This document shows positions 47,567 through 57,020 of a stretch of DNA of 64,000 nucleotides, piece after piece. The notes under the pieces were generated by a model. It saw nothing but the letters and a program-made list of their open reading frames with translations, was not told the DNA's origin and did not search any database. Where the stretch lies: positions 32,001 through 96,000 of IMG/VR virus record IMGVR_UViG_3300036784_000120. One strand, given 5' to 3'. This stretch comes from a virus (Duplodnaviria > Caudoviricetes). Each line of letters begins with the position of its first letter. Positions within the stretch are counted from its first letter, which is position 1. A program made the position numbers and the translations under genes.

Positions 47567-47790
47567 CCGAGCATGAGGGGCCGGGTCACGGGGACGTGAC
47601 GCTGAGCCTCACCGAGGAAACCAAGGACGGCGGGCGGCTGTTCCAGTCGTGGAAGGTCTGTGAATGCACCGCCGTCGCGCTGCGAGCCCGGCTAGGGCCC
47701 GCGCAGCATGAGAGCATCGCCACCGCTGAGGCTGTCCGCGCGACCGCGGAAGCGGTCCTGAACCAGCCGGGTGCCGTACACCGCCTGTGA
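47563..47790 (+). CDS. Hypothetical protein
   Basis: GTGA overlap. Confidence 0.5.
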   Translation: MTEHEGPGHGDVTLSLTEETKDGGRLFQSWKVCECTAVALRARLGPAQHESIATAEAVRATAEAVLNQPGAVHRL

Positions 47791-47810
47791 TGATGGGGGC
47801 CGGGGGCGGG

Positions 47811-47885
47811 GCGGGAGCCGGCCCCTGTACCGTTCAATTGGGGACTCAAGCGGTACAAGGTTAGACGGGGTTAGCCGGCTCCCGC
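47811..47885. terminator. Long interrupted hairpin (terminator or structured RNA)
   Basis: gcgggagccggc...tgtaccg...cggtaca...gccggctcccgc. Confidence 0.55.
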
Positions 47886-47977
47886 CGGCTAAAGGCAACC
47901 ACCCAGCAGCATCACCGCCCTAAGTTACGAGGCGTGTCCGCTTCCAGCATGACACACGCATGGCATACTGCAAGCCC

Positions 47978-48229
47978 ATGAATGAGGAGAGCGAGGCGCT
48001 GGCCCTCGCCCGGGTCCGCGCCCAACTCCGTACCGGGGAAGCACGGGCGATCCGGAAACAGGCCGGCCTGTCCCAGGCAGACGTAGGCCGTGCGGTGGGC
48101 AGTGACGGGCCGCAAGTGTCCCGCTGGGAGACGCAGAAGTCGGTGCCGCGGCGGGAGTCGGCGCTGAAACTCGCCCGGCTGCTCGACGATCTCGACGCGA
48201 TGAACCGCAGCGGCGACGGTGGTGCCTAA
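47978..48229 (+). CDS. XRE/Cro-like HTH protein
   Basis: IRKQAGLSQADVGRAVGSDGPQVSRWE. Confidence 0.8.
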   Translation: MNEESEALALARVRAQLRTGEARAIRKQAGLSQADVGRAVGSDGPQVSRWETQKSVPRRESALKLARLLDDLDAMNRSGDGGA

Positions 48230-48466
48230 CTCCGGCCACCGCCCGGCCTGCTTCAGCAGGTCCAGGTCGTGGGGTGACAGGAACCCGAGATCGTTCATCA
48301 GCCGCAGCTCGTGATCGCTGAACATGGCGGTCATCGCGCCGACCCAACATGAGGTCGGCCTGCCGTCGGCACCTGTCACGCTCGCGCTCAAATCGGCCGG
48401 CCACGTCGGGGACCTGCCGGGACCTGAACGGGTCAAGGACCGGCCCTACGTTGACGGTGCCGTCGC

Positions 48467-49297
48467 TCACCGGGCACCTGCCCATGCGCGCTGGTAGGCG
48501 CTGACCAGCCACCGGTTAGCCACGTCGTAGTTCGGATGCTCAGGCAGCGGCGACGCCAGCGGCGACGCCAGCAGGTCCCTGATCCGTGCCTCGAGCTGGT
48601 CGGCGAGCATCAGCGCCCGGTCCATCGGGACCAGCCCCGTGCGGATGTCGCGGACGATCTCCCGCTGCCACTCCGGCATGGGAAGCGTGATCTGGCCGGT
48701 TTCCAGCAGCTCCACGCCCTGGAAGCCGAGCCGGACCATGTGGCCGCCGAACTTGGTGTCCCAGCCGTAGGCCGCGATCAGTTCGGGGCGGGTGACATCG
48801 CGGCCTTTCCCGTCGTGGGACAGCATCGACCGGCGCTGCGCGTGCAGGTACCCGGCGAACCGGTGCCCCGCCTGCCTTGAGACGATCAGCGGGGTGAGGT
48901 CCCGCAGGTCCGCGCCGAGCGGCGTGATCGTGACGATCTCCGCGGGCGGGACGAACAGGGGGATCAGGATCGACGGGTTCCCGGCCAGCGCGAGACGCAG
49001 GTACTTGCGCAGCGAGTAGATCGTGATGTCCAGGTCGCCGGGGCCGGACCGGTTGGCGAGCCCGCCGGGGCGTTCCCACGCGGTGTGATGCTCGTACTGG
49101 TCGAACTCGCGGAGCCCGATCACGTACTCGGCCGGCTCAGTGCAGATGCCCATCTCGTCGCGGTCGTCGTGGCCGGTGATCGCGGTGCCGTGGACACCGG
49201 AGCCGACCTGGCAGCGCAGGATGGTGGCCGATTCGGCGAGCTCGCGGAACTCCGCGCTGCCGTGCTTGCCGGGACTGCGGTATTCCGTGTCGCTCAT
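48467..49297 (-). CDS. Pol-beta superfamily nucleotidyltransferase (YcgL/RlaP-like)
   Basis: VGSGVHG...DDRDEMG, GNPS, GWDTK...HMVRL. Confidence 0.85.
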   Translation of the reverse strand: MSDTEYRSPGKHGSAEFRELAESATILRCQVGSGVHGTAITGHDDRDEMGICTEPAEYVIGLREFDQYEHHTAWERPGGLANRSGPGDLDITIYSLRKYLRLALAGNPSILIPLFVPPAEIVTITPLGADLRDLTPLIVSRQAGHRFAGYLHAQRRSMLSHDGKGRDVTRPELIAAYGWDTKFGGHMVRLGFQGVELLETGQITLPMPEWQREIVRDIRTGLVPMDRALMLADQLEARIRDLLASPLASPLPEHPNYDVANRWLVSAYQRAWAGAR

Positions 49298-49347
49298 GCA
49301 CCCCAGCATACCCGTTCGGCTACATAGGGCATAGTAGACTACTGGTC

Positions 49348-49815
49348 ATGTCGAAGACTCGCATGACGCTCCAGGCGAAGACGGTGCTCCGCATGCTCGC
49401 AGCCGACCCCGGCCGTGAGGTGTACGGCCTGGAAATCATACGCGCGACCGGGCTGATCAGCGGTTCCGTCTACCCCCTCCTGGGCCGCCTGGAATCGAGC
49501 GGCTGGCTGACATCACGGGCCGAGCAGATCACCCCGGCCACCGAGGGGCGGCCGCCGCGCCGCTACTACCGGATCACGCCGGCAGGCATCGCGCAGGCAC
49601 GCGCACTACCACCCGCGCAGGCATCCCCCGCAGAAAAAGCCCTGGCGCGCGGGATGCTCCAGATCGCTGACACTGCGGACATGCCAGACTCGTTCTGGCA
49701 GGCCGACAGGCGCATCAGGCTAGCCCGTGAGGTCCTCGGCGTGCCCGACGACGGCCGGTACACCCACAGCGCACTATGGGAAGCGGAAACCAGAGACGAG
49801 GCGGCCAGAGCATGA
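49348..49815 (+). CDS. PadR-family regulator
   Basis: YGLEI...SGSVYPLLGRLESSGWL...RRYYRITPAG. Confidence 0.88.
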   Translation: MSKTRMTLQAKTVLRMLAADPGREVYGLEIIRATGLISGSVYPLLGRLESSGWLTSRAEQITPATEGRPPRRYYRITPAGIAQARALPPAQASPAEKALARGMLQIADTADMPDSFWQADRRIRLAREVLGVPDDGRYTHSALWEAETRDEAARA

Positions 49816-49967
49816 CCGGCGAACATGAAATGGTCACGGTTCGCCGCGATGACCTGGCGGTGTTCCTGGCCGCAGTGGATACCGACTACGTAAGCACCGA
49901 TGACCTGCCGGACCTTCAGGACCGGATCGAGCGGCTCTATGCGGCCATCGGCGAGGAGACCGGATGA
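49812..49967 (+). CDS. Small hypothetical protein
   Basis: ATGA overlaps. Confidence 0.45.
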   Translation: MTGEHEMVTVRRDDLAVFLAAVDTDYVSTDDLPDLQDRIERLYAAIGEETG

Positions 49968-50513
49968 CTGACGACAATGTGACGCCGTTCCGGCGGCCCG
50001 GCCAGGCTCCGCCGCCGGCCGGTGAGCTGAGCCGTGCCCGCGCGCTCGCCGCCGAGCAGAACGCCGGCCCCCGGGAACGCTACGGGGCTGCGATCAGCCG
50101 GCAGCGCGCCGAACGGCTCATCGCGACCGGGAAAGTTGTCCCGGCCCGCATCACCATGGCGCTCGACATCCGTGACCTCGAGGGCCCCGAAGTTGACATC
50201 GCATGCGGCGCCGCCGAGCCGGACGTGGACATGTGGGAGCTGGGCCTGGCCGTCCCGTCGCCGGAACAGGTGACGCTGCTCGCCGAGCTGACCGGATTCC
50301 AGCCCGCGTTCTTCTACAATCCGATCGAGCCCGGTCCGCTCGCCGCGTCGGCGATATTCATGTGCAGCGGCCCGCACCTGCACGGTCACCGCGCCGGACG
50401 TGGTGGATGAGAACGGGGTGCTGCTGTACGAAGGGAAGCCCCGCAATCTGCCCGCCGCCGTGCTCCGCAAGATGCGCAAACAGCCGCCCGCCGGGCAGGG
50501 AGCACTGTTCTGA
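49964..50513 (+). CDS. HTH protein with an apparent 1-nt frameshift near 50371
   Basis: PARITMALD...VDMWELG HTH; coding-like continuation in another frame to ...GQGALF. Confidence 0.55.
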
Positions 50514-50680
50514 TGACGAGACCCGTCCCGGAAGAGACACCGGAGGACTGGCTGCTTTCCGCTCGGCAGCATTCCCTACCTGGATAGCAGCGGCGAGATC
50601 CTGATCAGGACGCCGTACGGTGACACGATCGGCAAGAACGGACTAGCGACAGCAGGGGGACGGCCCTGGGGGGTTCATCC

Positions 50681-50765
50681 GGCTAGGGGAAGAGTCGAAC
50701 TTCTCCCCCCGAAGGGGGCCTGGCATCCCGTATCCACCGGGCCACTCCTGTCCTGGTGGTTAGCC
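50681..50765 (-). ncRNA. tRNA-like structured RNA (degenerate)
   Basis: GGCTA/TAGCC terminal stem, T-arm GAAG-TTCGACT-CTTC, cUUCGg hairpin. Confidence 0.4.
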
Positions 50766-50816
50766 AAGTCACAAGTCCCGGACACCGCAGCCGAATGCTC
50801 GCCAGCATAACCCGGG

Positions 50817-51026
50817 TCATGCCCGCCGGGCCACCGCGTGCAGCGCATACACGAACGCGAGGTGATACCCGTCTTCGGCGAGCAGCTTGTCCAGCCGGTC
50901 GGTGTAGCCGTCGTCGCGGCCGACGGCGAGGCGGAACATTGCGGTCTGGGCCAGCACCCGCGCCGCGCGCTGCGGCGTCATGATCTGCTCCATCCGCGCC
51001 ACCGTCATGTACTCCTCGGGTTTCAC
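50817..51026 (-). CDS. Hypothetical protein
   Basis: 69 aa, AAAGG RBS. Confidence 0.5.
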   Translation of the reverse strand: MKPEEYMTVARMEQIMTPQRAARVLAQTAMFRLAVGRDDGYTDRLDKLLAEDGYHLAFVYALHAVARRA

Positions 51027-51165
51027 CCGGCCACCTTTCAGTTCACCGCCATGATTTGACGTTGCCCCGGCCGGAAGTTCACGCCCCAGGGGTGCTGACC
51101 GGGCATCCTACCGCCACGATCGGACATTCCCCCCGTATCACCGGGTACAGGTTAAACTAGATCCC

Positions 51166-51591
51166 ATGCCGTATGCCGATCCAGAGAAGCACAGAAAATG
51201 GCAGCGTGAGTGGATGGCTCGGCGGCGTGCCGAGTGGATAGCTGCGCACGGCCCTTGCGTGGACTGCCGCACTTGGGACGATCTACAGGTAGACCATGTT
51301 GACGCCTCGACAAAGGTCACTCACCGGGTCTGGTCCTGGGCCAAAGAGAGGCGCGAGGAGGAGCTGGCTAAGTGCACCGTCCGGTGTGCCCCGTGTCACG
51401 AAGCGAAGACGACAGCCAGCCGCGAGGATCCCCGCGGCGAGCAGCACTGGGCCGCGAAGCTGAAAGACGACCAGATACCGGACATCCGCGCCTCACAGCT
51501 TTCGATTTCACACCTGGCTAGGGTTTACGGCGTCAGCCGGAAGGCTATCCGCAATGTGCGCCAGGGAAAGACCTGGCTTCACGTCGCTTAG
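51166..51591 (+). CDS. HNH endonuclease with C-terminal HTH
   Basis: CVDC...QVDHVD...CAPCHEAKT; leaderless after TAAACT. Confidence 0.85.
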   Translation: MPYADPEKHRKWQREWMARRRAEWIAAHGPCVDCRTWDDLQVDHVDASTKVTHRVWSWAKERREEELAKCTVRCAPCHEAKTTASREDPRGEQHWAAKLKDDQIPDIRASQLSISHLARVYGVSRKAIRNVRQGKTWLHVA

Positions 51592-51594
51592 TCC

Positions 51595-53287
51595 CTATCG
51601 CCACGACTTGACGTTGCCCCGGCCGCGGTCCGGTTGCGCCTGGTCATCGTCGTCTGGCGAAAAGCCGTCCAGGTCCCACGGGGCCGCATCCATGTTCTGC
51701 TGCGCCTTCTCCATGATTTCCCGCATCCTGCGATGCCCGCGTGCTTCCTCCCCGATGCCCATGTCCGCGAGGTTCTGCGCGCCTGCCCACTTCCGTACGG
51801 CACCCGGCCCGTACTCGCCGAGGTGCGGCACGAACGCCTGCACCACGGCGTCGCCGTCGTCGGTGGACCGGCCGAGCCGCTCCCGGATGTCGTCTTTGCC
51901 TTCCACCTGGATCCGGCCGCTTGACGTGACATCCCACTGCGGTGTCGACAGGTCACCGAGCAGCATCTCGTCGTCCGGCAGGCAGATGTCCGGGCGGGCC
52001 GACGGGTCCAGGGCCTGCCGCAGCGTCCACCACGCTTCACTCCTGCGGTTGGCGAACCCGAACTCGCGGGTGGAGTCTTTCGCCTTCGACCCGCGGGACG
52101 CGTTGAACGCCAGCACCCTGGCGTGCTGCTCGCGGAGCCGGTCGACGACACCCGCGCCGATACCGATCACGTCAACCACGGCGGTGCGGGAATCGTCAGC
52201 GGACAGGATCGCGTTCACCCGCCCCGTGGTTTTCATCGTGTCTTCCCGCACGAACCGGCGCAGCTCCGTGATCACGGGCCCGTTACGGATCGCGAGGACA
52301 GTGCGGTCCTCACCGGTCCTGGCCACGTCCACCCCGACGGTGCGGGGCCTGCCCAGGTCCGGCTTGCCCGCAGCCTCCCACTCATGCCAGCGGGCCACCG
52401 CCGCCTCAGCCCACGCCAGCGGGATAACCGAATCCTCGTCGCCGGCGTGGAACTCGCCGAGCACCCGGTTCACGTAGATCGCTGACGTTTCACCCCACTG
52501 GCGGAGCCGCTGCGCCGCCCAGTCCCTGGTGACCCGCCCCGCCGTGATCGCGTCGTCGAGGGTGACATGGACCGGATACCAGTCCTCGTACCCCTGCCGG
52601 CGTGACTGAATGTCGTAGAACCGGCCCTGCGGTGCCCCCGGCGTCGACAGTGCCAGCGCGAACGCTTCCCTCGTGCCGTCCCCGGCGCCGGAGAACGCGC
52701 CTTCGCACGCGTCGAACGTGCCCGCCGGGATCGCCTTGCTCTCGTCGTAGACGAACAGCAGCGAATCGGCGTGCGCGCCTTCGATCAGCGCCGCGTTAGC
52801 TGACGCGCCGGCGAACGCATGCCCGTAACTGAGCCGCAAGTTCAGGTTCTGCAGCTCCGCCCGGGTGAACGGGTGGCCGTCACGGACCCTCCCCCATTTG
52901 ATCCGGCCGGCCCACTTGTGGATTTCCGGCCACAGGTACTGGGTCAGCTGATGCCATGACCCGGCGGTCGTCGCGACCTTCCAGTCCACGCCGGCGGCGT
53001 CCCGGGTCAACGCAAACCACAGCACCGTCACCGCCGCGATGGTGCTTTTGCCCAGTCCTTAATCCATGGGGGCCGCGGACCGCTTCGCGTTTCCGCTGCG
53101 GCAGGCCCCCAATGATTTCCTCCTGGTATCCGGTCAGCCCCTCGCCGCGCCAGTCGATGCAGTCCGCGGCGAAGCCGAGCGGGTCATCGTAGTAGCGGGC
53201 GACGCCCTGCTTGATTTTCGCTGCGCGCCGCTGCAGTTCCAGCAGGTAGCGCAGCCGGTCAGCCGGCGCCTGTATCTGCGGGGTCAT
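51595..53287 (-). CDS. terL: Terminase large subunit (about 561 aa), interrupted by a 7-nt TTA insert in Walker A
   Basis: GPHG|LGKST restored; VYDE Walker B, LSTP, VGVDVARTGED, STDDGDA. Confidence 0.9.
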
Positions 53288-53855
53288 TATCGGCCAGCTG
53301 CGATTCCAGTTCGGTGATCCGCGACTCGATCATGTCGGCGGTGATCACCTCGACACGGGACTTGGCGGGCGCGTCGTACCCGAAGATCCTCGCCCGCCGC
53401 TCGAGCAGGCTGCGGATCGTCGCTATCGCGGCCAGCTTCGGGCCGTCGTCGAACACGTCCTCGAACACGGGGATCGTCTTGCCGGTCAGCGGGTCGAGAC
53501 GCTCAATACCGTCAGCGTCGCGTTCCACGCCGACGAAACGGCGGACGACCCGGCCGTTGGCGTGCGCCAGGTGCGGTGTGAGCATCACCTGCCACGCCTG
53601 CTCGATCAGCCGGTCGAGGCGCTCAAGGTCAGCCTGCCGCGCCGCCCCGGCCTTCTCGGTCGCCATGTCGGCGTAGGCGCGCGTGACGGCATTGCATGCG
53701 GCGCCCTTCGACGCGAAGCCGAGCTCGTCAGCGATCCGCTGATAGGACCAGCCCTGCCCGTGCAGCTCGGCGGCGTGGTAGTCGCGTCTGCGGGTGCTGT
53801 CGGTGCGGGTGTAGCGGCCGCCGCCGCCGCGTCCCGGCGGGGTTTTCGCGGTCAT
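53259..53855 (-). CDS. terS: Terminase small subunit (HTH)
   Basis: GWSYQRIADELGFAS...ERRARIFGYDAP; adjacent to terL. Confidence 0.78.
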   Translation of the reverse strand: MTAKTPPGRGGGGRYTRTDSTRRRDYHAAELHGQGWSYQRIADELGFASKGAACNAVTRAYADMATEKAGAARQADLERLDRLIEQAWQVMLTPHLAHANGRVVRRFVGVERDADGIERLDPLTGKTIPVFEDVFDDGPKLAAIATIRSLLERRARIFGYDAPAKSRVEVITADMIESRITELESQLADNDPADTGAG

Positions 53856-53961
53856 GGGTTTTCGCGGTCCTCACCGCCGGGCAGGTCGACGATGTTGCTG
53901 CCGTCGCGGGCAGCGTGCAATGTCATGGCGGCTGGCTCCCTTAGCGCTGGTTGGGTCATGA

Positions 53962-54267
53962 TCACTCCCGTCCCTGGTTCCGCTGGGTGCGCCAGATCAT
54001 GACCGCCCGCCAGGCCACTACCGCGCCCGCCCCGAAGACGGCCGCCACCTGGAACCAGGCCAGGAACGACCCGTACGGCACGCCGAACATGGCATGCAGC
54101 GGGGCAGGCAGCAGTGACACGCAGATACAGGCGTCGAACAGGACAATGTTGAGGCCCCAGTCGCTCCGCCACCACGGCCAGAACAGTGACGTGACCAGCG
54201 GGAAGGCGAAGCTGATCCAGAACGTGAATATCGAGCCAGCTTCCAGCAGTACCGGGACGGGCTGCAC
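53962..54267 (-). CDS. Three-TM membrane protein (putative holin paralog)
   Basis: FWPWWRSDWGLN. Confidence 0.6.
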   Translation of the reverse strand: MQPVPVLLEAGSIFTFWISFAFPLVTSLFWPWWRSDWGLNIVLFDACICVSLLPAPLHAMFGVPYGSFLAWFQVAAVFGAGAVVAWRAVMIWRTQRNQGRE

Positions 54268-54268
54268 A

Positions 54269-54628
54269 TCAACCGTCCCCTCGCCGCTCTCGCTCGCGCA
54301 GCTCCACGGCAGCCCGCTCGCTGGCCCCGGCCTGCTGCGCCCGGTAGATGAGCCAGGTCCGCCAGGTCAGCACGATAGGGATCAGCGTGACCGCCGCCAC
54401 CGCGACCCACTCCAGCGCGAGGCCAGGCTGGATGCCGAACTCGTAGTGCAGGGTGGTGGCCAGCAGGGCGGCGGCGATCAGCTCGGTCTTGAGGACCATG
54501 TTCCAGCCCCACTCGTCCCGGTACCAGGGCCAGAACGTGCGGACCACCAGCGGCCAGGACAGGCACACCCAGAAGGCGATGCCCGATGCCCAGACCACCC
54601 AGTCATGAAGGAACTGCATCTGCGTCAT
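54269..54628 (-). CDS. Three-TM membrane protein (putative holin paralog)
   Basis: FWPWYRDEWGWN. Confidence 0.6.
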   Translation of the reverse strand: MTQMQFLHDWVVWASGIAFWVCLSWPLVVRTFWPWYRDEWGWNMVLKTELIAAALLATTLHYEFGIQPGLALEWVAVAAVTLIPIVLTWRTWLIYRAQQAGASERAAVELRERERRGDG

Positions 54629-54840
54629 GTCCCCGCCGACCCCCCGATTTCCCTTGCCTTGCGCTGGATCAGCCGGTTCAGCCGCGGGGCGACATGGTTC
54701 TCCTGGCGCAGCTCGGCCAGGGGGATGATCACGTGCTCGCGGGCGTGCTCTAGCCGCTGCTCGGCTGCTTCCAGCTCGCGCGCCGTGTCAGCGCGTTCTG
54801 CTCTCATGTCCGTCCTGCGCCTCCAGCGGAAAACCCTCAT
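54625..54840 (-). CDS. Small lysis-cassette-associated coiled-coil protein
   Basis: LAELRQENHVAPRL. Confidence 0.55.
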   Translation of the reverse strand: MRVFRWRRRTDMRAERADTARELEAAEQRLEHAREHVIIPLAELRQENHVAPRLNRLIQRKAREIGGSAGT

Positions 54841-55080
54841 TCACTCCAGCTCCTTACGGAGACCGAGCATCACGTCCCTCACGATGGCTCCCGTCGCCAC
54901 CCCGGCCTCGGCTCTGGCTCTTTCCAGCTCGGCGATCCGTTTCCAGTCGTCACGGTCGGCGCGCATCTCGTCGTAGGCGTTCTTGGAGAAGATCTGCCCC
55001 GTGACGAACAGGACGCAGAACACGATCGCGGTGCCCCCGCTGGCACCCCCGAACAGCGTGAGCAGGTCCCCAGCTGACAT
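54841..55080 (-). CDS. One-TM plus coiled-coil protein (lysis cassette)
   Basis: IVFCVLFVTGQIFS...RADRDDWK. Confidence 0.6.
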   Translation of the reverse strand: MSAGDLLTLFGGASGGTAIVFCVLFVTGQIFSKNAYDEMRADRDDWKRIAELERARAEAGVATGAIVRDVMLGLRKELE

Positions 55081-55099
55081 CCCCGGCCTCCTGTCAGGT

Positions 55100-55456
55100 T
55101 CATGGCCTGCTCGTCCCCGTCTGCCCGAGGTGGTGCCGCAGCCGGTCCTCAACATGCCGCTTGATCCTGGCCTCGGCCGCAGCCACATGAGCACCGGCGA
55201 GACCGCCCGTGAACAGGCTGAACGTGGCCGCGAACAGCGGCACGACAAGCACGTACTCCGCCACGTTGATCCAGTGGCCCGCCGCGGTCGCCGGAGTGGT
55301 GCAGGCACCTTCGGTCACCGCGTTGCCGACCGCGCAGTACAGGCCGTGCGCCGCCCCGGTGTGCTCGGCGGCGGCGTAGAGCAGCCCGCATGCCACGTCG
55401 GCCGCGACGGCGACCACGATGGTGATAAGGGCGGTCCGGTGGTGGCTCATGCTCAT
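55100..55456 (-). CDS. Two-TM potassium-channel-like pore protein with degenerate filter
   Basis: GLLYAAAEH...GLYCAVGNAVTEGACTTPATAAGH. Confidence 0.6.
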   Translation of the reverse strand: MSMSHHRTALITIVVAVAADVACGLLYAAAEHTGAAHGLYCAVGNAVTEGACTTPATAAGHWINVAEYVLVVPLFAATFSLFTGGLAGAHVAAAEARIKRHVEDRLRHHLGQTGTSRP

Positions 55457-55474
55457 GCCCGCCGCCCGCGCAGA

Positions 55475-56017
55475 TCAGGCTTGCTGTTGCCTCCGGGGCT
55501 TCTTCCACTGCGCGTAGTAATGACGGTCGCACAGCCCCCGGCATACAGCATGCTCGCCGCAGTCCGGCTCAGAGCATGTGCCGCCGTTGATGAGTACCCG
55601 TTCCCGCTGATTTTCCCGCTGCTGCGCAGGTGTCGCCCACCGGCAGTTGCCCGGCTCGTAGTTCCCGTCGTTGTCGATGCGGTCAAGCGACGTGCCGGGC
55701 GGGCGTTCCCCCATGTCGGCCGCGAAGTTGTCGAACGAGTTCCACCGCTCACAGACGGTGATGCCCCGGCCGCCGTACAGTTCCCATCCGATGAAGTTCG
55801 GGTTCGTGCACCGCGTCCGCATCGAGCACCAGCTCTGGTACTCAGGCGAGGCGCGGTCACCGCTCCTGCGCCCCGGCCCCCACGATTCGAGCGGATCGCC
55901 GTGCCTGCGGTAGTTCGACAAGTGCTCCATGCACCAGCGCCCGTACCGGCTCTGCGAGAACTCGCCGCACCCGTCGATGATGCAGATCGTCCAGTCACCA
56001 TCGCGTTCAACTGCCAC
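55475..56017 (-). CDS. HNH homing endonuclease
   Basis: WCSMRTRC...YGGRGITVCERW...SLDRIDNDGNYEPGNCRWAT. Confidence 0.88.
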   Translation of the reverse strand: MAVERDGDWTICIIDGCGEFSQSRYGRWCMEHLSNYRRHGDPLESWGPGRRSGDRASPEYQSWCSMRTRCTNPNFIGWELYGGRGITVCERWNSFDNFAADMGERPPGTSLDRIDNDGNYEPGNCRWATPAQQRENQRERVLINGGTCSEPDCGEHAVCRGLCDRHYYAQWKKPRRQQQA

Positions 56018-56020
56018 GTG

Positions 56021-56386
56021 TCAATTGTAGTAGTCATGATGCCTCCGGTGAAGCGCTTCCTCGGAGAGGCCATCACGTACATGAGAGTCGGGGTGGTGCT
56101 TCCTGCACACGCTGAACTGGCCGCCGGCCACCGGATACCGCGCCAAGCGCGGGCAGTTGTCGACATGGCAGGTGTGCCGCCAGTAGAGCGAGAACACTCC
56201 GCCGAACAGGGACAAGACAGTCAGCGCGGGGATAAACCCCGACCACAATTGATACGACCATGGTGTTCCGGGCGGGACGGGCCAGATGCCGATGGCGAAC
56301 CGGGCGGCGTACGGGTGGACGGCCATGTACGTCCCGGCCCAGGCCAGCAGCGCCGCGGCGGGGAACAGCAGCCAGCGGCGGTTCAC
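56021..56386 (-). CDS. Membrane protein with Cys/His C-terminus
   Basis: Two TM segments then CHVDNC...CRKHHP. Confidence 0.6.
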   Translation of the reverse strand: MNRRWLLFPAAALLAWAGTYMAVHPYAARFAIGIWPVPPGTPWSYQLWSGFIPALTVLSLFGGVFSLYWRHTCHVDNCPRLARYPVAGGQFSVCRKHHPDSHVRDGLSEEALHRRHHDYYN

Positions 56387-56844
56387 CCGGTGCCGCCGGG
56401 CAGCAGCCGCGCGCATGCGAACGCGACGGCGACAGCGGCGAGCATCAGCCCCGCCGTCTCGGCGAGGGCCAGGCCGAGGCCGCGGTCTTCGCGCAGCGCC
56501 GCGACGACCACCACGACCGCGACGCAGATGACGACGCATTCAGCGACAGCGAGGGGGCCGTGACCGAACGCGAACGGGATCGCTGGCATCAGGGCGCCGG
56601 TGAACGTGGCGGCGGCCATCACGGCGGACGCTGCCCAGCCGCAGTCACTGTCGCAGAGGAACTCGCCGCCGCCCATCGACACGGCCGCGGTGAGGGCACC
56701 GGACAGGGCGGCGGGGAACACGAGCGCGGGGTGGGTGGCCAGCAGGTAGATGACGACGCCGATCAGTGACGCGCAGCCGTCGAAGCCGCCGAGGATCGCC
56801 GGCGGCATGAGGCTGGCGCGGGCGGCGGGGCGGGCGGTGGCCAT
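56383..56844 (-). CDS. VIT1/CCC1-family transporter-like protein
   Basis: ILGGFDG...GALTAAVSMGGGEFL...PAIPF. Confidence 0.75.
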   Translation of the reverse strand: MATARPAARASLMPPAILGGFDGCASLIGVVIYLLATHPALVFPAALSGALTAAVSMGGGEFLCDSDCGWAASAVMAAATFTGALMPAIPFAFGHGPLAVAECVVICVAVVVVVAALREDRGLGLALAETAGLMLAAVAVAFACARLLPGGTG

Positions 56845-56861
56845 ACCCGAAGCGTAACGGC

Positions 56862-56883
56862 TGCACGTGCATATGCACGTGCA
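56862..56883. promoter_or_regulatory. TGCACGTGCA doublet operator, copy 3
   Basis: Followed on the minus strand by TACGCT and an ATG 6 nt later. Confidence 0.78.
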
Positions 56884-56942
56884 TCAGGTGTTCAGTCGGG
56901 CCATTTCCGCTTCGTAGATATCCAAGCCCCGCTCCCGGTGGG

Positions 56943-57020
56943 CTAGATCGCCCCCACCAGCGCCAGGATCACCAGGACCAGGACAATCACCACCAGGACG
57001 CCCACCAGGTCGTAGCGCAT
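56943..57020 (-). CDS. 25-aa single-TM peptide
   Basis: MRYDLVGVLVVIVLVLVILALVGAI after GGAGGTGA. Confidence 0.55.
   Translation of the reverse strand: MRYDLVGVLVVIVLVLVILALVGAI

Noticed and set aside
50365-50380. Frameshift in the HTH gene (also near 59077) as programmed recoding
   Set aside because: Single-base indels in short C runs with no TTA or slippery motif; more likely sequencing error or decay. Check the reads.
50681-50765. Functional tRNA-Ser(GGA)
   Set aside because: Acceptor-stem mismatches, pyrimidine at position 37 and no CCA; kept only as tRNA-like
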